In this document: piece by piece, positions 52,212-63,163 of the stretch
Layout of the letters: every line of letters begins with the position of its first letter
How positions within the stretch are numbered: position 1 is the stretch's first letter
Virus record (IMG/VR): IMGVR_UViG_3300045988_090963
Source of the DNA: a virus
Reading direction: 5' to 3' (one strand)
Length of the DNA stretch: 64,000 bases
Notes under the pieces: model-generated
Databases searched by the model: none
What the model was told of the DNA's origin: nothing
What the model saw: only the letters and a program-made list of their open reading frames with translations
Program-made: the position numbers and the translations under genes

Positions 52212-52634
52212 TTAAGCCACCCTTTCAATAATTAAATTTGCATTTTGGACGTCAATAGTCTGAGTAGAAACATTTTTTACTGCAATTTCAAAGCAACATC
52301 CTCTTGGCACATCAATAAATATAGAACTTGCTACATTATTATAATCTCCTACCGCCGCCGGAGTAGAAATCATAGTAGTAGAAGCTACCCCTTCTCCATT
52401 GATAGCAATAGCTAAAGAAATTGGACCTGCTGTTCCACCTGCGGCGATTGCAATATTACCGCTAAAATGAGCTTTATATCTAGCTCTGCATTGAGTAGAT
52501 GTATTACCTTTTAGTGTTACTAGTCCACTTCCAACGCGATGTAGTAGGCTGTTGGAACAGCCTACTACCGCATCGGTAAAAAGGACATTTTGATTAGCTT
52601 GTACTGTTTGTACGGCATTCGCAATAATTTCCAT
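52212..52634 (-). CDS. BclA C-terminal-domain-like (C1q/TNF-fold) protein
   Basis: C-terminus ...VQNANLIIERVA vs BclA ...GTSASIIIEKVA; Gly/Ala-rich beta-strand pattern similar to the BclA CTD. Confidence 0.5.
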   Translation of the reverse strand: MEIIANAVQTVQANQNVLFTDAVVGCSNSLLHRVGSGLVTLKGNTSTQCRARYKAHFSGNIAIAAGGTAGPISLAIAINGEGVASTTMISTPAAVGDYNNVASSIFIDVPRGCCFEIAVKNVSTQTIDVQNANLIIERVA

Positions 52635-52662
52635 TGAACCAAATCTCTCCTTTTAATTTAAA

Positions 52663-53568
52663 TTAACACCCGCAATTACTCATGCTATAGCAACAGTTGG
52701 GGTTTGGTACTACATAAGCGGGAATTGGATTATCACGTCCTAATCTACGAATAAGCTCCGCAGTTTGAGCTTCTTGGTTAGCTGTAATAAAGTTATTTTG
52801 AGCTTGTTGAGAAGCAGCGAGACGAAGGGCCTGATTCTCGTTTTGCAAATCAGAGATTTTCTCCTGGCAGAGATAATCAAGAATTGCACGAGTTCCAGCA
52901 TTTTGACTGTCAATAATATCACGAGTATTATTGGCCATAGAAGTCTGTAGTGCATTAGTATTAGTCGCTAGATTGTAGTTGACGTCGGCAAAACCTCTCT
53001 CAATCTGACGACCAGTCTCGCAGCAACAATCTGCAATTTGACGAGAAATAGCATTTTGATTTGTGAGATTATCAAAACTTGCTTGCTGAATTGCAGATTT
53101 TGTATCACAACAACAGTTAGAAAGCTGTGTAGCTAAAGCATTTTGACCCTGCATTAAAGCTACATTAGTGCTATTGAAACCTTGCTGTGTCTGATATCCA
53201 AGATTGCATACTGCGTTGTCTACTCCATGGAAACCATTTGTTAAAGCATTATTTAAAGCATATGTGCTATCACAGATTCCCTACTGGATAGAATTAATTC
53301 CAGACTGTAGATTTTGGAAAGCAAAACCTTCATTAATGTCTGCGCGAGTTGCCCAACCTTGACCAGAAGGAGAACCCAGACCATTACTGTTGGCTCCATA
53401 TCCACCAAAACCGCCAAATCCATTTCCCCATCCAGAGAAGCAGAATAAGAATAGAATTATAATCCACCAAGCTCCTCCGTCGTTCCAAATTCCGCCATTG
53501 TTACGATCATTGCCACCTGTAGCAGCAGCAATATCAGCTAAAGAGTATCCATTGTTAGAATTGAACAT
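52663..53568 (-). CDS. cysteine-rich, Gly/Asn/Gln-rich protein (CCC motifs), 1 in-frame TAG
   Basis: Both fragments in the same frame; strong RBS AAAGGAGGAA; repeated CCC(D/E)T motifs. Confidence 0.5.
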
Positions 53569-53593
53569 TTAAGTTCCTCCTTTAAGAAAATTA

Positions 53594-53827
53594 TTAAAGG
53601 CCGAGCATTTTCTTAAAGTCAGCAAACTCCTTGTCATAATTTAATCCTCTTTGGGATAAAAGATTTCTAGCTATTTGTTCAATCTCTTCGGTTTTATTCT
53701 ATTTGGCAAGATCTAACAAATTAGCTCCAAACGGATTATTCCCCATCTAACTTTCTAATATATTTAGAGTTAGCTATTGAGGATTCTATCCATTCCTAAT
53801 CATTTGAATTAACTACATTGGATTCAT
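53594..53827 (-). CDS. small hypothetical protein (5 TAG)
   Basis: RBS AAGGAGC; open only with TAG as sense. Confidence 0.35.
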
Positions 53828-53839
53828 TTTATCGGCTCC

Positions 53840-54265
53840 TTAAAAATCTAATTTTGGCTTTGATTCCTGCTATTGCGCTGTAGGCTATTTATTTGCCTAT
53901 GGCGCAATTTTTTCTTTTAATTGAGCAAGTACGGTTTCAAATTCTTCTCTAGTAACAAACTAAGAAGGATTGACAACTGTTTCAATCGGAATATTTTTTA
54001 ATTCATAAACATTAAGTGTTGAAGTTCCATCTAAATTTATCTATTTTGTATATATTTTTTTATTAGCTAAATCAGGAAAGAAAAATACAGAACCATCAAA
54101 GTCAATGCTAGTTGCCTTTACTTCTTCTATTGAAGAAACTGGGCGACCTTTAATTCCAATCTAGGGCTATTCCACATAGGGCATTCTTTGTTGCGGAGCA
54201 TAAGGGATTGCCGCATACTAAGGTTGCTATTGTTGTGGTATATAGTATGGATAATTAACTGCCAT
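53840..54265 (-). CDS. Pro/Gln/Tyr-rich protein (9 TAG)
   Basis: RBS AAAGGAGG 7 nt before the ATG; the N-terminus YPYYIPQQ[Q]QP[Q]YAAIPYAPQQ becomes uniformly Q-rich if TAG is Gln. Confidence 0.45.
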
Positions 54266-54314
54266 AGTTTTACCTCCTTTAAAATATTCCCTTGGCCTTT
54301 CATTATTATATAAA

Positions 54315-54365
54315 ATTTTGGCAAAGATAATTTTACTATTTTGCCAAAATTTTTGCCAATTTTAG
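54315..54365. promoter_or_regulatory. TTTGGCAAA / TTTGCCAAAA repeat cluster upstream of - strand late genes
   Basis: AAAATTTTGGCAAAG-N15-TTTGCCAAAATTTTTGCCAATTTT; related cluster at 55490-55540. Confidence 0.35.
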
Positions 54366-54367
54366 TA

Positions 54368-54400
54368 TAAAAATATAATGGGGCATAGTAACCCCATTAT
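54368..54400 (-). terminator. terminator for the - strand gene (AATGGGG..CCCCATT plus T-run)
   Basis: Hairpin directly after the TGA of 54402..54791. Confidence 0.5.
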
Positions 54401-54401
54401 A

Positions 54402-54791
54402 TCATGATGCTCTATTTTCATTAACCGCGGCTTCAATGAGATTAGTTAGGTAAGTATTTAAGTCGCCAGTTGTCTCAATAATATATTGTTTTGCATCAGA
54501 TGATAAGATCTCTAATACAGATTCCATAGTCTTATCAAATGCAATTTTTTGAGCCTCAGCATCAAAAGCACCTTGTTCTTTTAAGCTATTAACATAAGTC
54601 TGATTTGTAGCTATTACACATTTAGTAATAGTATCAAATATCATAGTGGTGTATTTCTAAGCTGTTTCATTCTCTGTCTTAGAATTTAACTCATCTCGTT
54701 TAGCAGAGAGGAAATCTATGAGATATTTTGTTAAAATACCAAGCAGAGGAAGAATACAAAGCTAGAATATTTGAATAACAATTTCAGGCAT
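54402..54791 (-). CDS. membrane protein (2 TAG)
   Basis: RBS AAGGAGG; N-terminal TM. Confidence 0.4.
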
Positions 54792-54842
54792 ATTAATTCC
54801 TCCTTTATATTATATATAAAACAATAGGAAGATAATTTAACT

Positions 54843-55550
<708 letters not shown>

Positions 55551-55584
55551 TTATATAAAATTTTATTATATAATATATATAAGA

Positions 55585-55833
55585 TTACCAAGGATAATCT
55601 CTAGCAATCAAAACATCGCCTTCTGGCATTATAAATTTATATCTACCATCTGAATAAACATAATCAATAGAGCTTCCATCTTTTATTAAATATACATTAT
55701 CTGATATTCCTGCACTCATAGGACTGCTGTAAACAATTTCTCCAGGGGTTGCTCTTACTGGATAGCCATATTGAAGGCTTGTTTTATCTATTATTGAATA
55801 CTTTTCCGTCTGAAAAGTTTGGTTAATAATCAT
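55585..55833 (-). CDS. hypothetical tail-associated protein
   Basis: RBS AGGAGGTG; ATGA overlap with the upstream gene. Confidence 0.45.
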   Translation of the reverse strand: MIINQTFQTEKYSIIDKTSLQYGYPVRATPGEIVYSSPMSAGISDNVYLIKDGSSIDYVYSDGRYKFIMPEGDVLIARDYPW

Positions 55834-56228
55834 GTTCGCACCTCCTACAAAATTATATATATCTATATATCATTTTCTGGAATTTTTTGGGCTTTAAAAG
55901 TTAAACTATTTTCTTGTTGATTTATACACTAAATGCCTGAATTATTATATATATCTATATCTTTTATTGTTGGAGTTGGACAAATTATCTATTTGCCCTC
56001 ATCGCTCAATACTCCAATTATATTTACTGTTTGAGTATTATTAGACCAAGCTGATGAATATAGAGTTATCAATTTAATAATAGGTTTAAGTGCAGAATTT
56101 GCTAATATAGTATTGAACTCCTTTTCAGTTCCAGTAAACCCTCCTTCTTTAGCTGTTTCATAAGCAGATTTACCGTTTAATCCAGGCTACCCTATTCCAG
56201 CAACCTTTTTCCCATTTACTTTTATCAT
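55830..56228 (-). CDS. tail-fibre segment protein (collagen-like G-x-PG plus KSAYE.A..GF.GTE.EF motif), 5 TAG
   Basis: GIG[TAG]PGLNGKSAYETAKEGGFTGTEKEF is a common phage tail-fibre motif. Confidence 0.5.
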
Positions 56229-56250
56229 AGTATAATACTACCTCCTAAAT

Positions 56251-56889
56251 TTAATTAATAATACCTCCAGTAGAAGTAATTGTAGCGGGACCAATAATTT
56301 TATATGCTATAACTTGATAATTATTATTTATTAATATAACTCCCAAACTTTCATATGCAGACTGAGGAGTAATTTTAAGTCCTGAAGAAGAACCGGCATT
56401 TATAGTTATAATACTATTTTTTATCACTTTATAATTATTTTTCTACACTACCCATACTGACATTGGCGCATTTTCATATTCTATTATTACAGTACATCCA
56501 CTTATACCACTCAATGATTCAAATATAATATCCACCGTTTCTATAGGGGTTTCTGTTGTAATCTATCCTATCTTATCTGCCATAGTTGAAAAACTATCGG
56601 TCGCCGCAGTTTCTACTCCTTTGTCAGTGACTGCGGTCGCTATTAGGGTTTTGCCCTCACTGACATCGGTAAAAAGCTCATCAATAGCTGATTGAACATT
56701 AGTGGCTTTCATACTTGAAGTTTCATTATTATATTCTATTGATGATGCAGTAAGATTTTCATTATCTTCTTCATCAAATTCAATAGTATAAGGTCCTAAC
56801 CCTAATGTTTCTCCCATTTCTGCGCTACCGCCTCCTGGTACGGTAATAGCATTTTGGTTTTTAACCTATCCAGTTAAAATACATTCCAT
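56251..56889 (-). CDS. tail fibre / receptor-binding protein N-terminal module (3 TAG)
   Basis: TNVQSAIDELF motif typical of siphophage fibre N-termini; RBS AAAGGAGAA. Confidence 0.5.
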
Positions 56890-57012
56890 AGATATTTTCT
56901 CCTTTCATCTAAAACCTTTAAAAAAGTACACTTTACTGAACTTGGTCAACTATATATAATTTATCTACTCTTTCTTTCATATATATTTGAAAAGAGTAAG
57001 ATACTCACTTTT

Positions 57013-57048
57013 GGGAAAAGGGTTTCTTACCCTTTTCCCAATTTTTTG
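57013..57048. terminator. bidirectional terminator GGGAAAAGGGTTTCTTACCCTTTTCCC
   Basis: Hairpin with T-runs on both sides, between divergent units. It is flanked by a 14-bp inverted repeat AAAAAGTACACTTT (56920-56934 / 57078-57094). Confidence 0.55.
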
Positions 57049-57214
57049 TTATCTAGACAGAAGAAGTATTTTTCCTGTTAAAAAGTGTACTTTTTCTCGG
57101 AAATTGTTAATGACTTTCTAAAAGACTGGAGCGAAGATCGCTTCCATCCTCGACCTTCTATCTAGTAATTTAGATTTGTTTATAGCAATAGCTAGATAGA
57201 AGGAGGTAAACAAT

Positions 57215-58972
57215 TTGCCTAAATGTATTTTAGCTGAGTAGGGTGGAAAAGGTGGAGGCTCTCTTTCTCTTGTAAAAATTGAAGTAACCACTCCCCCTAA
57301 TAAAACGAGCTATCTTGCTGGTGACACATTTAATCCTGCTGGAATGGTAGTTACCGCATCTTACGGCATGGATGGTGTTATTGTAACAACAGCAGAAGTA
57401 ACTGGATATCAAGTTACTCCAAGTCCTTTAACAGACGGAGTTACTGAAGTAACTATTACTTATTCAGAACTCGGTGAAACTTGTCAAACTGCATAGAAGG
57501 TAACTGTTATTCATAAACTTCTTAGTATTTAGGTTACTACTAACCCAACTAAGATGACCTATGAATATGGCGACACCCTTCAAACAACAGGAATGGTAGT
57601 TACAGCGAGTTACTCTGATAGTAAAAGCGCGGCTGTCACAGGTTATACGTGCTCACCAACATCCTTAACTACAGTTGGCAGCTAGCAAATTACTGTTTCT
57701 TATACAGAGAATGAAGTAACTCAATCTGCGAAATTTACGGTAACTGTTGAGCGTAAATCTGTCGCTAAACCAACCTGGAAAAGTAATCTTACCTATACAG
57801 GTAATAGTCAATCAGTAAGTGGAACTTCTTATTGGAATAATTTCAATACCACTTATATGACGATTGGTGGAACTACTTCCGCTACTAACGCAGGAACTTA
57901 TACAGCTACATTTACTCTAAAGAGCAACTATAGATGGGCTGATAAGACAACCGATAATCTTGATGTAAACTGGGTTATTAATAAAGCCGCGGGTAGTTTA
58001 ACCGTAAATCCAACTTCTGTTGCTCTTGATGGAGATAATTATAGTGCTGGCGTTAAAGTTACTATTACTCGCGCGGGAGATGGAGCTATTAGCTATACTC
58101 CAACTAGTGTTACTGGTCTTACCCTCTCTTTAAGTGGTAATATTCTTACTATTAAAGGTGATGGCAGTACAGCTATTTCTTCTACCACGATTACTATTAA
58201 AGTTGCGGCCGGAACTAACCATACTGCTCCAGGTAACAAGACTGTTACAGTAACAGCAAGCTATTGGGAGTGGGGTTCTGAAACTGCTACTGGTGATGCT
58301 AAGTGGTGGGCTGGATTAAAGACCTGGGCAGCTAAGGCTTCTTCCAGTGAAAGAAAGAAATGTGTAGGTAAAAAGAAACTTGTAAGTCTTTCTAGTGCGG
58401 TACTTGGTGCCAACGCTGCTACAATGATTTGTATTGGTGCTGATTAGGATGGAACTGGAACATTAACTTTCCAGACTGCGGGAACTTTACCTAACAGTAC
58501 ATCATTTGGTAGTAACGCGTTATGGAATGGTTCAACCGCTCAATCCTTGTGCAATGATTTTGGTAATAGATGTAGCGCAACCGCTTCTATTAAATCTGTT
58601 ACTAAGAAGACAAGTTCTGCTAGTAATGGTAATTAGAATAATACTGCGGATGTTCAAACAACTGCAAAATGTTGGCTACCTTCTGAATGTGAGATGGGAT
58701 TTACTAGCTCTAGCGGCTATGCTAGTTCTTATTAGGAGTGGACTGTTGGAGGAAGTTAGACGGCCTATAGTTACTATACAAGCAACTCTACTAGAGTTAA
58801 ATACCAGATGAACGCCAATGGTTCGTTGACGAATTCAACGATGTGGTATTGGGAACGGTCCCGTGGCTACAACTACTCGGGCTACGTTTGCGGTGTCCAC
58901 GGCGATGGGTCTGCGAGCTACGGCTACTACTACCACAGCTACGGGCTCGCGCCGGCTTTCGTCATTGGATAA
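57215..58972 (+). CDS. DGR target protein: Ig-like (Big_3-type) repeats plus C-terminal C-type-lectin/DUF1566-like variable domain; 8 in-frame TAG; TTG start
   Basis: RBS GAAGGAGG 8 nt before the TTG; repeated PNKTSYLAGDTFNPAGMVVTASY...VT motifs; the C-terminus CWLPSECEM...WYWERSRGYNYSGYVCGVHGDGSASYGYYYHSYGLAPAFVIG carries the VR. Confidence 0.6.
58857..58955 (+). repeat. DGR variable repeat (VR)
   Basis: 99-bp near-copy of 59580-59678; all 22 mismatches fall where the TR has A, mostly in AAC codons. Confidence 0.8.
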
Positions 58973-59053
58973 TACAGCAAAATAACAATTCGGGACAGTT
59001 AAGGTTAAATTGTCCAATAAAAAAATTATATATTCAAGTGAGGGAAATTTTAA

Positions 59054-59392
59054 ATGTCTGTAAAAGTAAAGGATAGACACCTATCAAAACAAGACTGTCT
59101 TTATAAAGCCCGTGAATTGGTTGGCTACATTTTAGTCTTAACTCGTCCTAGAGAATTTGATAAGGATGGAAAACAAATCTGCAAACCTGGACTGCTTGGA
59201 GAGGGTCAACCTCTTCAAGCGTTCGGGTACGATATAATTAAATGCGGAAAGGGTATACACGCTTGCTGTTATGAGGCGTGTAGGATAAACTTAAAAGATA
59301 AAGAAACCCTTACAAAAAGAAATGAATATCACAATAGAGCGATTGAATATTGTGATAGTATATTTCGACAAATCGACCTATGTATTTATTAG
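59054..59392 (+). CDS. avd: Avd-like DGR accessory protein (112 aa; plus 52 aa basic extension to 59549 if the terminal TAG is read through)
   Basis: Small protein between VR and TR, as in BPP-1 mtd-avd-TR-brt; the basic tail KKKRRSFEHLARLTKKVK... follows the TAG. Confidence 0.5.
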   Translation: MSVKVKDRHLSKQDCLYKARELVGYILVLTRPREFDKDGKQICKPGLLGEGQPLQAFGYDIIKCGKGIHACCYEACRINLKDKETLTKRNEYHNRAIEYCDSIFRQIDLCIY

Positions 59393-59579
59393 TATGCTCA
59401 GAACAGCAAAAAGAAAAGAAGATCTTTTGAACATCTAGCTAGATTGACTAAGAAAGTAAAAGAATCAATCCAAGATAGAAAAAATAGAGATAAACTTATA
59501 GTCGAGCATAGATATTCGGCTCCTAAAACCCATAGGAGAGGTCGATAATATTTTTCTGCGGTTAAGTTCTGTATCTTTC

Positions 59580-59678
59580 GGTCCCGTAACTACAACAACT
59601 CGAACAACGTTTGCAATGTCAACAACGATGGATCTGCGAACAACAACAACTACAACAACAGCAACGGGCTCGCGCCGG
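59580..59678 (+). repeat. DGR template repeat (TR)
   Basis: Adenine-rich (AAC-rich) template; 3' GC-rich GGGCTCGCGCCGG shared with the VR (IMH-like). Confidence 0.8.
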
Positions 59679-59987
59679 ATTAGATGGAGCTATCATGTTG
59701 CGAGTTAAGCTGCGGAGCAGCGCAAACGAGCAACGCCTAAATAGTACCCCGGAGTATATTATTATCCATCTAATTAAGGTTTACTCTGGATTGCACTCAC
59801 TATGTGGGGAAGAGATTGAGAGACCATTAAAGAGCTTTGCTCTACAACTATCGAATAATATACTATAGGTAGATCTGCCTTTTCATCTAAGGAGAACTTA
59901 ACCATTTCACTGAAAAAGTGGATAAAGTAAGACTGTAGACGTGGAGCTCGAGTAGCTACCACTATAGCTACATGATAAGGAGAAAGT

Positions 59988-61204
59988 ATGTCTGAAATAA
60001 ATCAAGATACTACTTTCGAGCGTTTTTGTAGTTTTGACACTATGTATGATGCGTCTTATAAGGTATGCCGAAACGTTCGATGGAAAGATAGTACAATTAA
60101 TTTTGAAGAGAATAGGATAGAAACAATTTTAAAAACAGAAGCTGATCTGCGAGCGTGTGAATACGAATAGCTTGTGTTTAGTTGTTTTTCGATAATCGAA
60201 CGAGGCAAACCAAGAGATATAAGAGCGTGTCATATCAACGACAGACTGGTACAAAATGCGTTATGTGAACAAGTTTTATTACCAGAATTAACTCCTAGAT
60301 TTATCTACGATAATTGTGCTACTTTAAGAGGAAAAGGAATAGACTTTGCTTTAAAAAGAGTAAAGAAACATCTTCAACAAGCTCATAGAGAATATGGATT
60401 AGGAAAAGATTTTTATGGGTTAAGAATTGATATTCAAAAATATTTTGATTCTATTGACCATAAATCTTTAAAGAAAGCGGCTAAACGTTTGATAAAAGAT
60501 AAAAGAATTTATCAACTATGCTGTTATTTAATAGATACATTTTCTTTTAAGCTAACAAAAGATTCCTCTCCCATACCAGGAAAAGATTGTTATATTAGTA
60601 AACGGCACAAATACACGAGAATTAGTACCACTAATTTTAAGCCTGGCCGCAAATACTATGAATATGATAATAAAAGTCTTGGATTAGGAAGTCAAACATC
60701 ACAATTATTCGCATTGCTAGCATTGAACGAAATTGACCACTTCATCAAAGAAGAGTTACATATTAAGTATTATGGTCGTTATATGGATGATTTATATTTA
60801 TTCCACAATGACAGTCAATACTTAGCCGAATGTGAAAAGAGAATAGAAGTTCGCTTAAATAAGCAAGGATTAAAGATGAATAAGAAAAAGACTACTATTA
60901 CTAGAATCTCTCCTATTCATGCGGACGGCAAACGTCACGCTCCATTAAAATACTTAAAGTGGAACTTTTATCTCACAGACACTAATCATATAATACAAAT
61001 TCCTTTTAAAAAGAAAGTGGCTCATTAGCGCAGAAAGTTAAAGAAAATGCAAGCGCTATGGTTAGAGGGTAAAATTTCAACAGATGAAATTTAGAAATCC
61101 TATCAAGGTTGGAGGGCACATATTTCTAAAGGAACTTGTTTTTATATAATTCAAGATATGGACAATTATTTTCGTTCATTATTTAAAGGAGTTGAAATAA
61201 AGTA
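59988..61204 (+). CDS. DGR reverse transcriptase (3 in-frame TAG)
   Basis: NDRLVQNALCE (bRT KDRLVQHALCN), SQLFA (bRT SQLFANVYG), YMDDLYLF (bRT YMDDIVVL); the C-terminal GWRAHISKGTC (bRT SWSGHAQWADT) follows two TAGs. Fragments 59988.. and 60174.. are in the same frame. Confidence 0.8.
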
Positions 61205-61867
61205 ATGTATATTCTATTAAATAGAGAGAATGTAGTAGTTGATATTCTTTCAGAAGCACGTTACATTAAACTGCAATCCTCAAATGGTATTGTCGTTGCC
61301 TGCGAGGAAGAAGAGGGAACTGGGGTTATCGGCTCAAATGGAGATACACATTATACTCTAATTAAAGCCGATGTATTAAATCAATCTAATGCTGTAAAAG
61401 TATTAGAGATAGAAACAATTCCATCAGATGTTACTCCTAATTATTCAATATATAATCAAGAAGATGGAACATTCACTTCTGATTTAGATTAGGCAAAGTA
61501 TGACAAACAAGAGGAAAACAAGAAACTATTCGCAGAGTATCTTGCTACCCACCCACTAACTTGGGTTGATGGAAAAGAATATGGAATTACGTAGGAGGAC
61601 CAGTCTGAGATTAGCTTAAATCTCAATCAATATCAAGTCGCTCTCGCGGCTGAAGTAGAAAATCCTACGCTTGAGTGGCACGCTCGACACGAAGAATGTG
61701 TGCCATGGAGTTTAGAGCAATTATCCGCTCTAAGTTTAGCTATTTTAAATGTGGTATATCCCAAATATCATTTAATGCAAGAATATAAAACTTAGATATT
61801 TGAAGCTGATTCAATAGATAAATTAAAAGCTATTGAATTAAACTATGAAGATACCGACAGTGAGTAA
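61205..61867 (+). CDS. hypothetical protein (tail-fibre-assembly/DUF4376-like?), 3 TAG
   Basis: ATG right after the RT stop; open to TAA 61865 with TAG as sense. Confidence 0.4.
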
Positions 61868-62303
61868 AAATATAATTCTATTTGCAGTTGGAGGAACTCT
61901 ATATTACGGTATAGAGTTCCTCTATAAAACTTTTATCAGCTTTGGAACTTGTCATTGGTCTATGTTCTTATTGGGCGGCTTATGCTTTTTATTAATAGGA
62001 CTAATGAATGAGAACGTTCTTTGGGAAGAATCTATTCTTACTCAAGGAGTAAAAGGCTCTTTAATCATAACTGCTTTAGAATTAATCTTTGGTCTAGTAT
62101 TAAATGTAAAACTAGGCTTAGGTATTTGGGATTATTCTCACGTTCCATTGAATTTTATGGGGTAGATTTGTTTACCATTCTCTATCGCCTGGTTCTTTTT
62201 AAGCCTTTTGGCAATAGTATTAGACGACTACCTAAGATGGAAATGGTTTGGAGAAGAAAAACCGCATTATCATTTATATAGTAAACCTCCTTGCGAGAAA
62301 TAA
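61845..62303 (+). CDS. polytopic membrane protein (1 TAG)
   Basis: 4 TM helices; continues past the TAG at 62163. Confidence 0.4.
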
Positions 62304-62349
62304 AAAAAATGGGGAGAACCTTGAAATTAAGGTTCTCCCCATTTTTTTT
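62304..62349. terminator. bidirectional terminator (A-run GGGGAGAACC..GGTTCTCCCC T-run)
   Basis: 10-bp stem flanked by A8 and T8 between convergent genes. Confidence 0.75.
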
Positions 62350-63130
62350 ATTTTACATCAATGATAATAATAGCAATATCATTTGTTGGTTTTTCTTTTG
62401 TATAAAAGGTAATTCCAACCCCAACTGATGCATCAGCGTGATCAATTTTACTATACTCTTCAAGATTAGAAGTATAACTAATAATAGGTGGCACATTACC
62501 TGCTTTTCCGCAAGTTAAAGAAGTATTGGAATAAGTATATGTATACATATCTTCATTTAATACCCAACCTGATGCAGAAAGAGTTGCTGGATAAGCTGCC
62601 GTAGTACTTCCACTAATCTAGTTATCTGTTTCCAATTTGCTATACACATCTAAATTAGTTCTCGCCCCTGCTGCATTAATTGCCCCAGTTCCACCAACTG
62701 AAATTGGAAGCGTTCCAAATTGCGGAGCGCCAGCTGTAGCGGCAAATAAAGCGCCAGTTCCTTGCAATCCTGTTACACCATTCTCGCTATTTCCGATAAC
62801 AACCTAACCAGCCTCAATTTCAACCATCTTTACCGCATTAGTTCCATTACCAATTAATAAAGCATTTACAGTTAGACTATTATGTCCAGTTCCGCCCTGA
62901 GCTACAGTGGCAGTCATATTTTTAAGAAAAATATCATCAATATCAATCTCAGTAATATCATTCTTTAGAACTTGAGCAGCATAGGCATTTACCTGCAAAC
63001 GCCCACCTTCTTCATTACTAATATCAATAAAGAGATTTCCTTTATCTTCTGTGAAATAAGCGTATCCTTCATGAAGAGGTACACTATTCAAATTATCTTC
63101 TGGTCCTCGAAAAATCTTAAATAAAGCCAT
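62348..63130 (-). CDS. tail fibre protein (2 TAG)
   Basis: RBS AAGGAGGGCC; ATVAQGGTGHNSLTVNALLIGNGT fibre-like motif; the two track fragments are in the same frame. Confidence 0.5.
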
Positions 63131-63163
63131 TTTAGGCCCTCCTTTATACTCTCTAAATATAAA

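Noticed and set aside
59390-59392. TAG treated as the genuine stop of avd, and likewise TAG 51655-51657.
   Set aside because: Not rejected outright. Because TAG is demonstrably sense elsewhere, both outcomes are kept open and reported as a finding; feature coordinates give the conservative end for avd.
59611-59868. ORF 'MQCQQRWICEQQQLQQQQ...' and ORFs 58506..58811(+) and 58835..59080(-).
   Set aside because: These are alternative-frame or antisense readings of the DGR TR and VR repeats (AAC-rich giving Gln/Asn runs); they are not genes.
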